Assembly: GCA_021648725.1 (NCBI GenBank)
Contig: JAKISF010000003.1
Span: 65,116-129,115, forward strand
DNA length: 64,000 bases
DNA from: Bacteroidales bacterium
GTDB taxonomy: Bacteria; Bacteroidota; Bacteroidia; Bacteroidales; JAADGE01
Direction of reading: 5' to 3'
This document shows positions 40,614 through 47,381 of this stretch, piece by piece. The first letter of the stretch is position 1. The number at the start of each line of letters is the position of its first letter. The position numbers and the translations under genes were made by a program. The notes beneath the pieces are model-generated. The model did no database searches. It saw only the letters and a program-made list of their open reading frames with translations, and was not told the origin of the DNA.

Positions 40614-41285
40614 ATGGAAATTAAGCAACCTATTACATGCGGAAATTTTTTTCATATCTATAACAGAGGTATTAACAGTTGTGTTATATTTAAGAATAAA
40701 GAAGACTTTTATCATTTTTTAAAGTTATATAAGATTTACTTTGCTTCTGTTGCAGACACTTTTGCATGGTGTTTAATGTCAAATCATTTTCATTTACTTG
40801 TGAAAATAAAAGAATATAACGAGATAGCTTGTTTAAAACCCGAAAATAAAGATTTTAAAGGTTCCAGAAAATGGGAAGTGTTTTTTCCTGACGAAAGTTA
40901 TTCTGATAAAAAATTATTAAAATTAAAAAAACCTGTACCGGAAAAACAACTTTCACATTTATTTAATTCTTATGCAAAATGGTATAATAAAAAGTATAAT
41001 CGAACAGGTAAATTATTCGAGACACGTTTTGAAAGAATTTTAATAAATAATGAAAAATATTTAAAGGATTTGATTTTTTACATCCATAATAATCCTGTTC
41101 ATCATAATGTAGTAGGAAAAATTGATGAATACAAATGGACTTCTTATATGACAATTTTATCAGATAAAAGGACAAATTTAGAAAGAGAAACAGTAATAGA
41201 TTGGTTTGAAGATATTGATAATTTTAAATATTATCATAACAGAAATAGTGAATTAAATGAAATTGAAAATTTACTTTTAGAATAG
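40614..41285 (+). CDS. RAYT-like HUH/Y1 transposase (IS200-like fold, REP-associated tyrosine transposase family)
   Basis: FFHIYNRG N-terminus, HUH motif SNHFHLLV and catalytic Tyr context YIHNNPV. The start was trimmed from the track GTG (40581, inside hairpin B) to the ATG at 40614. Confidence 0.8.
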   Translation: MEIKQPITCGNFFHIYNRGINSCVIFKNKEDFYHFLKLYKIYFASVADTFAWCLMSNHFHLLVKIKEYNEIACLKPENKDFKGSRKWEVFFPDESYSDKKLLKLKKPVPEKQLSHLFNSYAKWYNKKYNRTGKLFETRFERILINNEKYLKDLIFYIHNNPVHHNVVGKIDEYKWTSYMTILSDKRTNLERETVIDWFEDIDNFKYYHNRNSELNEIENLLLE

Positions 41286-41412
41286 AACCTTGCAGCGTCG
41301 TTAGACCTGCAAGCGTTAGCGTTTGCAAATAATAAAAACAGTTTTTAATTTTCGCTATTATCAAAATAAAATATTTACGCTGTGAGGTTCAAAGAACACT
41401 CACAGGAAAACA
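41286..41412 (+). repeat. two-hairpin module A2-B2 (right copy)
   Basis: The hairpin A block at 41286-41317 matches the left copy at 29 of 32 positions. The hairpin B block at 41374-41410 is near-identical to the left copy. The A-B spacer is longer and unrelated. Confidence 0.8.
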
Positions 41413-41421
41413 TTACAAACA

Positions 41422-41877
41422 ATGAAAAAAATATCTATAAATTTAAACGGAGAGGTTCGTTATATTTATGTAGAGCCTAATGACGTTTTACTCGACGTTT
41501 TACGAGATAAATTGGGAATTAAAAGCCCGAAATCCGGCTGTGAAAGAGGAGATTGCGGAGCATGTGCTGTATTAATCGACGGCAAAAGCGTACGTTCTTG
41601 CCTGGTTCTTGCCATTGAAGTTGACGGACAAGAAATCACAACCATTGAAGGCTTATCAAAAAACGGGTTAACACCCTTGCAAGAATCATTTATAGAGCAT
41701 AATGCTTTTCAATGCGGCTTCTGTGCTCCCGGTGTAACAATTTCCGCAACCGAATTATTGAATAAAAATCCGCAACCGAACAGAGAAGAAATTCAAGAAG
41801 CCATAGCCGGAAACTTATGCAGATGTACCGGTTACGAATCAATTATTGAGGCAATTGAAAAAATTGCAAAAAAATAA
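41422..41877 (+). CDS. molybdo-hydroxylase [2Fe-2S] (small) subunit
   Basis: Both Fe-S cluster motifs are present: C.RGDCGAC...C and QCGFC.PG...C.C.GY. Confidence 0.9.
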   Translation: MKKISINLNGEVRYIYVEPNDVLLDVLRDKLGIKSPKSGCERGDCGACAVLIDGKSVRSCLVLAIEVDGQEITTIEGLSKNGLTPLQESFIEHNAFQCGFCAPGVTISATELLNKNPQPNREEIQEAIAGNLCRCTGYESIIEAIEKIAKK

Positions 41878-41882
41878 CAGCT

Positions 41883-44240
41883 ATGAAAGAATACAAATAC
41901 ATAGGAAAACCCGAAATCCGTATAGACGGAAAAGAAAAAGTATCAGGAGCAGCAATTTATACAGACGATATTAATTTCGGACCCGATTTATTATATGCCT
42001 TTATTGTTGAAAGCCCGTATGCTCATGCAATGATAAACAGCATTGATACTTCCGAAGCCGAAAAACATCCCGAAGTTTTAGCGGTTGTAACAGGTAAAGA
42101 TTTTCCGTATAAATTCGGTCTTTATATGCAGGACAGATTTATTTTTGCACAAGATCGTGTAAGATTTATAGGCGAGCAAGTTGCCGCCGTAGTTGCCAGA
42201 AACCCGAAAGCAGCAAAAAAAGCGGCAAAATTGGTAAAGGTTGATTATACAGAAATCCCCGCTGTAATAGATCAAATGGAAGCCATAAAAGAAGGCTCCG
42301 ATTTACTGCATGAAGACCTTGAAAATTACGACCATGTCCCTTGGTTTTTTCCGAAACCGAAAACAAATATTGCCCACTGGCGAAAAATTCGTAAAGGCGA
42401 AACACAAAAAGGTTTTGATGAAGCTGATTATATCTTGGAAGACACCTATGACGTTCCCCGATATGCACATTGTGCGATTGAATACCATGCTGCAACCGGT
42501 TTATATGACAAATCAGGACGGCTGACAATTTGGGCATCATCACAATCTCCTCATACTCAAAGGCATCTGTTTGCAGAAGCACTTAAGCCGCTTGGTTTTA
42601 CTCATAAAGATGTTCGCGTTATAGCTCCTCACGTGGGCGGTGGTTTCGGTTCAAAAGCCGGAGTAACAATGGAAATTCTTGCAGCAGCAATTGCAACAAA
42701 AGTACAAGGTCATCCTGTCAGAATTATGTGGTCACGAGAGCAAGAATTTTATAACACATACCAACGTCTCGGCGTAAAAACTTTCTTAAAAATAGGTGTT
42801 AAAAAGAACGGAAGAATAACAGCATTAGACCATAAAATTTATTGGGATGCAGGTGCTTATGTTGAATACGGAGCAAATGTCGTTAATGCCGTCGGTCTTT
42901 CGGCAATCGGACCTTACAATATTCAAAATGCTTCAATCGATTCTGTTTGCGTTTACACAAACCTGCCTCCGGGCGGTGCATACAGAGGTTTCGGTTATTC
43001 CGAATTTCTTTTCGGCTTGGAATCACACATGACAAGAATTGCCAAACATCTCGGGATTGATACGATTGAAATTCGCAGAGTAAACGCCATACGTGAAGGC
43101 GATAAAACCGCATACGGTGCAAACATGAACCCCAACGGTTTGTTAAAAGCCATTGATGCCGTTGAGAAAGAAATCGAATGGCATAAAGAATATAAATCAT
43201 CCGATCCGAATAAAGTTATCGGTAAAGGTTTTTCTCTGTTGTGGAAAGCTCCGGCAATGCCGCCTAATGCATCATCATCTTGCTTTTTGAAGTTTAACGA
43301 AGATGCAAGTATAAACCTTCTCGTTTCCGGAATGGATATAGGCCAAGGTTATTTAACCGTTATGGCACAAATTGCCGCTGAAGTTCTCGGAGTTCCGCCT
43401 TCAAAAATCAGAACTGAAAACCCTGATACAGACCGTAATCCGTATGAATGGCAAACAGTGGCTTCTCACATTACTTGGGGAAGCGGAAATGCAGTAAAAA
43501 AAGCGGCCTTAAACGCTCGCGAACAAATTTTTGATTTGGTTGTCAGAACAAAACATCTGCCCAAAGATTCTCTTTATCTTGAAGATGAAAAAGTTAAGTG
43601 TACACAAAACCCTAACTTTGAACTTCCGTTAAGAGAATTTGTTATTGCCGGTATTCAAATGAGCGACGGAACTTTTAAAGGCGGGCCTATTCTCGGAAAA
43701 GGAACTTTCTTACCGGAATTTTCCACCGCAAAATCTAATCCCGAAACCGGACAAGGCGGACATCCTAATGTGCACTACACAACCGGTGCAGCGGCAATGC
43801 TCCTTGAAATTGATAAGCAAACCGGCAAAATGAAAGTATTAAAAGCCGTTGAGGCAATTGATGCAGGAAAAGCATTAAACCCTGACTTGGTTAAAGGACA
43901 AATTATAGGCGGGCTTGTACAGGGCTTAGCAACAGTACTTTATGAGGACATGAGGTATGGTGATAAAGGAAAATTGTTAAATCCTAATTTTACCGATTAC
44001 AAAATTCCGACGGCAAAAGATATTCCCGAAAAAATAGTTCCTATAATAATTGAAGTTCCGCAACCCGACGGGCCTTTCGGAGCAAGAGGTGTGGGCGAAC
44101 ACACCATGCTTCCGGCAGCACCTATGGTTGCAAATGCTGTTGCAGATGCACTGGACGTCAGAATAAAATCAATGCCGGTTACGGCGGAGAAAATTGTTTT
44201 GGCTTATTTGGAGAAGAAAAATAACAGAATGTTGAAATAG
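41883..44240 (+). CDS. molybdo-hydroxylase molybdopterin-binding (large) subunit, xanthine dehydrogenase/aldehyde oxidase family
   Basis: 785 aa. GGGFGSK is present. The C-terminal GARGVGEH retains the catalytic Glu. No CODH-type active-site loop was seen. Confidence 0.9.
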   Translation: MKEYKYIGKPEIRIDGKEKVSGAAIYTDDINFGPDLLYAFIVESPYAHAMINSIDTSEAEKHPEVLAVVTGKDFPYKFGLYMQDRFIFAQDRVRFIGEQVAAVVARNPKAAKKAAKLVKVDYTEIPAVIDQMEAIKEGSDLLHEDLENYDHVPWFFPKPKTNIAHWRKIRKGETQKGFDEADYILEDTYDVPRYAHCAIEYHAATGLYDKSGRLTIWASSQSPHTQRHLFAEALKPLGFTHKDVRVIAPHVGGGFGSKAGVTMEILAAAIATKVQGHPVRIMWSREQEFYNTYQRLGVKTFLKIGVKKNGRITALDHKIYWDAGAYVEYGANVVNAVGLSAIGPYNIQNASIDSVCVYTNLPPGGAYRGFGYSEFLFGLESHMTRIAKHLGIDTIEIRRVNAIREGDKTAYGANMNPNGLLKAIDAVEKEIEWHKEYKSSDPNKVIGKGFSLLWKAPAMPPNASSSCFLKFNEDASINLLVSGMDIGQGYLTVMAQIAAEVLGVPPSKIRTENPDTDRNPYEWQTVASHITWGSGNAVKKAALNAREQIFDLVVRTKHLPKDSLYLEDEKVKCTQNPNFELPLREFVIAGIQMSDGTFKGGPILGKGTFLPEFSTAKSNPETGQGGHPNVHYTTGAAAMLLEIDKQTGKMKVLKAVEAIDAGKALNPDLVKGQIIGGLVQGLATVLYEDMRYGDKGKLLNPNFTDYKIPTAKDIPEKIVPIIIEVPQPDGPFGARGVGEHTMLPAAPMVANAVADALDVRIKSMPVTAEKIVLAYLEKKNNRMLK

Positions 44241-44535
44241 ATGAAAACAACAAACCCAACCAAAGAACAAATTCAAAGCACTAAAAACCGGAGAACATGA
44301 CAAAAAAATATCTGAATTCTCTTGGAAATACCACGAAAAAGAAACCCTGTTACATAATTGAAAGAGAAGCAAAAGTCACAACAAAAAACGGATAAAAAAT
44401 TACATTTTCAAAAGGCAGTTAGGTTGAATTTTAAAAAGAGTTAAAATGTATTTGTAAAATTACAAAAGATATTAAAAAAAAATGCTCGGATAAGAACTTT
44501 TTGCATGAAATCTAAAACTCTCATATCCACACTTT

Positions 44536-44779
44536 TAATTAGGGCTTGCTGAAAAGTTCACAGGCACATTAGATTTCAAGTTTCTCGTTTGAAGTCGTAT
44601 ATAAATACTGCGAAATAAGAGAAATTTGAAAGATAGTGTGCCTGTGGGCAGCTAAAATATTTTACACAAGTGCAGGGAAATAGGGTGAAATGAATAAAGA
44701 CCTTGCACTTGTATATGTAAATAATCTTATAAATGACTGAAAAATAAATATATTAGCGTTTTTCAGCAAGCCCTAATTA
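44536..44779. repeat. 244-bp structured element with 20-bp perfect terminal inverted repeats (MITE-like, or a structured RNA gene)
   Basis: TAATTAGGGCTTGCTGAAAA (44536-44555) is the reverse complement of 44760-44779. Nested inverted repeats are CACAGGCACA/TGTGCCTGTG and ACAAGTGCAGG/CCTTGCACTTGT. Confidence 0.75.
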
Positions 44780-44790
44780 TTGCAATATTT

Positions 44791-45405
44791 TTGCTGAGTT
44801 TTAATTTAAGAACAAACGGTGACTGGAAACTTGTAAAAAATAAAGACGGAATAAAAGCATATACAAGAAAAGTTGAAAATTCCGATATAAAACAAGTAAA
44901 AGTAACAGCAAATGTTAAAAGCAATTTAACGGCATTAGTTGCAATTGTCAGAGACGTAAGTTCTCATACAAGATGGATATATAGATGTGAAACAGCAATA
45001 AATTTAAAGACGGTCAGCGAAACAGAACACTATTATTACAACGAATCAGAAGCATCTTGGTCTGTAAGTAATCGAGATATTATAACACATGCTGTTATTA
45101 GGCAAGATGCAAAAACGAAAATTGTTACTATTAGTTCAACAGGTATGCCGAATTTTATCAGAAATATTGACGGAATTGTTCGAATACAAAAACTAAATGC
45201 CCAATGGAAATTTACTCCGGAACCAAACGGGACTGTTGATATTGCATTTACACTTCTTATTGACCTCGGAGGAGACCTGCCTGCATGGATTGTTAATATG
45301 GCAATTGCCGGCGGACCTTTTGAAACCGTAAGAAATATGAAAACTGAAGTTCAAAAAGCAAAGTACCAAAATACAAAGTATGGTTTTATAAAAGAATTGA
45401 ATTAG
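44791..45405 (+). CDS. START/SRPBCC-domain lipid-binding protein (start codon uncertain)
   Basis: The DWKLVKNKDGIKAYTRK... pattern is typical of bacterial START domains. Only a TTG start is available, and the frame stays open upstream into the repeat element without any ATG. Confidence 0.55.
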   Translation: MLSFNLRTNGDWKLVKNKDGIKAYTRKVENSDIKQVKVTANVKSNLTALVAIVRDVSSHTRWIYRCETAINLKTVSETEHYYYNESEASWSVSNRDIITHAVIRQDAKTKIVTISSTGMPNFIRNIDGIVRIQKLNAQWKFTPEPNGTVDIAFTLLIDLGGDLPAWIVNMAIAGGPFETVRNMKTEVQKAKYQNTKYGFIKELN

Positions 45406-45517
45406 TGTCCGGTAAAAAATAACTTTTATTTGAATTACTCTAAAACATAACCAAATATAATTAACCTTACCCGAAAATATTTACAAGAAATTTTAAATAC
45501 AATAAGTGAATTATTAT

Positions 45518-45525
45518 TAAATTTG
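45518..45525 (+). promoter_or_regulatory. -7 promoter box TAAATTTG
   Basis: The TAnnTTTG match overlaps the track TTG start, so the gene start was moved to the ATG at 45550. Confidence 0.4.
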
Positions 45526-45549
45526 TACAAATTCAAAAAATTTACACTT

Positions 45550-46347
45550 ATGAAATTTCTAAAAAGTATGCTATTGATTTTTAATTTAAAATCAATTATT
45601 GTGATTACTTTGGCTATGGCCTCAACCTATGCCTGTATATATTTCGATTACAAAGCAAATTTCCCGTTAACATTAGTCGGAATTGCTGTTGTATTTCCGA
45701 TTGTATTTTCGATTAGCGGAGCCTATAAACGAAGAGAAGATGCGTTGAGACTATACGGAACAATTAAAGCTCACGGAAGGGCACTATATTATGCTTCAAG
45801 AGATTGGGTGCCGGATGAAGATGACAAATATCAAGAGAAATTAAAAGGCTTATTAAGTGAATTTCTAAAAGGTTTAAGAGATTACTTTCAGGCAGATAAT
45901 GAAGCAGAGAGGGATGAAAAAGAAAAAAATATTTATAAAGTGTTCACAAAGCTTTCCTTATTTATAAAGCAATATAGAGACAGAGGACTGGCAAGCGGCG
46001 AAGTTTCCAGATCAAACCAGTTCCTCAGTAAAATAATTGATGCATTTGAGAGCATCAAACATATTTATCAATACAGAACCCCGATTACTTTAAGATCTTA
46101 CAGTAAAATATTTGTAGTATTAGTGCCGATTGTGTACGGCCCTTATTTTGCTCATATCAGTAAAGACATTACAATGTGGCTGGCTATGATAATGCCTATT
46201 TTATTCAGCATTGTTTTAGTAAGTTTAGACAATATTCAAGACCACCTTGAAAATCCTTTTGATCAAGTCGGTGAAGATGATGTGAAAATCAATGCAGAGA
46301 AATTTGTAGAGAATCTTGAATATTATAAAGATTTACCGGTTGTTTAA
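45550..46347 (+). CDS. bestrophin/UPF0187 (YneE)-like membrane protein
   Basis: Has TM helices near both ends and a C-terminal LENPFDQVGEDDV motif resembling the bestrophin-family E.PFG..NDL signature. Confidence 0.5.
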   Translation: MKFLKSMLLIFNLKSIIVITLAMASTYACIYFDYKANFPLTLVGIAVVFPIVFSISGAYKRREDALRLYGTIKAHGRALYYASRDWVPDEDDKYQEKLKGLLSEFLKGLRDYFQADNEAERDEKEKNIYKVFTKLSLFIKQYRDRGLASGEVSRSNQFLSKIIDAFESIKHIYQYRTPITLRSYSKIFVVLVPIVYGPYFAHISKDITMWLAMIMPILFSIVLVSLDNIQDHLENPFDQVGEDDVKINAEKFVENLEYYKDLPVV

Positions 46348-46543
46348 TTCGAATTACCCAATTAAAAATTCCGGTTCCGACAGTTTAATTTTTAGTTTGC
46401 TTATTATTTTTTTCAGGGAAGGAAACAGAAACTGTATTAGTCTGACATCAATTTCACAACAAATCAACAGTATAGAAACTTTTGCAACATTAACAAAAGG
46501 TTGTAATATCAAATGATTAAGATTGGTCATTACCTAATAATGA

Positions 46544-46682
46544 AGATGTGCCTGTGGGCAGCTAAGGCATTTTACACAAGTGCAAAGGGTTAAGTGAATT
46601 AAAAACCTTGCACTTATATATGCAAAAGGTCTTGTAAGTAACCGAAACATAAATGTATTAGTGTTTTTCAGCAAGCCCTAAG
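46544..46682. repeat. 5'-truncated second copy of the 44536-44779 element
   Basis: Shares GTGCCTGTGGGCAGCTAA, ATTTTACACAAGTGCA, CCTTGCACTT and TTTTTCAGCAAGCCCTAA blocks in the same order and orientation. The left arm is absent. Confidence 0.75.
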
Positions 46683-46703
46683 ATATTACATACTATTTTC
46701 TTC

Positions 46704-46711
46704 TATTTTTG
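46704..46711 (+). promoter_or_regulatory. -7 promoter box TATTTTTG
   Basis: TAnnTTTG match 22 nt upstream of the thioesterase gene. Confidence 0.4.
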
Positions 46712-46733
46712 TCAAAATATTTAAATAAAAGAT

Positions 46734-47162
46734 ATGAACCAAACAGTAGAATATTTTAGAAACCAAATAGGAAAAGTTATTGAACACACACCATCAGCAG
46801 TCGGTATGTGGTTAAAGCCTGTATTAAGAGAAGTTCGTGAAGGCAGCCTTACAGCTGAAATAGTTGTGAGAGAGGAAATGACAAATCCTATGAAGATGTT
46901 GCACGGCGGAATTATTGCATTAATTTCAGATGAAACAATCGGTGCTGCTATTGCAACATTAGAGTTGTCTGATTTCTTTCCGAGTGTAAATTTACATACT
47001 GATTTTCTTTACGGTGCAAAATTAGGCGAAACAATTACGGCAAAAGCTGAGATTATAAGAAGAGGAAAAAATATTATAAACACAGAGTGCCGTATATATA
47101 ATTCAGATAATAAACTGATTGCAAAATCAACTTCAAACAGTATTAAATCTAACGGAAAATAA
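46734..47162 (+). CDS. PaaI-family hotdog-fold thioesterase
   Basis: LHGGIIALISDETIGAA motif. 142 aa. Confidence 0.8.
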   Translation: MNQTVEYFRNQIGKVIEHTPSAVGMWLKPVLREVREGSLTAEIVVREEMTNPMKMLHGGIIALISDETIGAAIATLELSDFFPSVNLHTDFLYGAKLGETITAKAEIIRRGKNIINTECRIYNSDNKLIAKSTSNSIKSNGK

Positions 47163-47381
47163 TGAATAATTGCAATTATAAATATAAAAACAAACCGGGT
47201 AATGTTCGTTACCCCTGAATCTTTTTGTAGTATTCTTTAGATGCTAAGCAACTGTATCAAATATTATATATTTAGTTAGTTTGAACATTTTGCTCATATT
47301 CGGTAGTTGCTAAACACCTCAATAATCATTATTCAATAACTTGCACTGAGCTAAGTTGAAGTGCCTCTAAACAAACAAAAA

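Noticed and set aside
44241-44395. Two small ORFs (19 aa and 32 aa) immediately after the hydroxylase large-subunit stop codon.
   Set aside because: They are Lys/Thr-rich translations of A-rich sequence with no motif, and no conservation evidence is available. I am not calling them genes.
44536-44779. Interpretation of the structured element as a 6S RNA gene (long closing stem with internal loops).
   Set aside because: A truncated paralogue 1.8 kb away and perfect 20-bp termini fit a mobile or repeat element better. I cannot verify the 6S central-bubble features by eye. It is kept only as an alternative in the finding.
46316-46516. 66-aa ORF overlapping the 3' end of the bestrophin-like gene and extending toward the truncated repeat.
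   Set aside because: It has no motif, overlaps a better-supported gene in another frame, and lies in an intergenic-looking AT-rich stretch.
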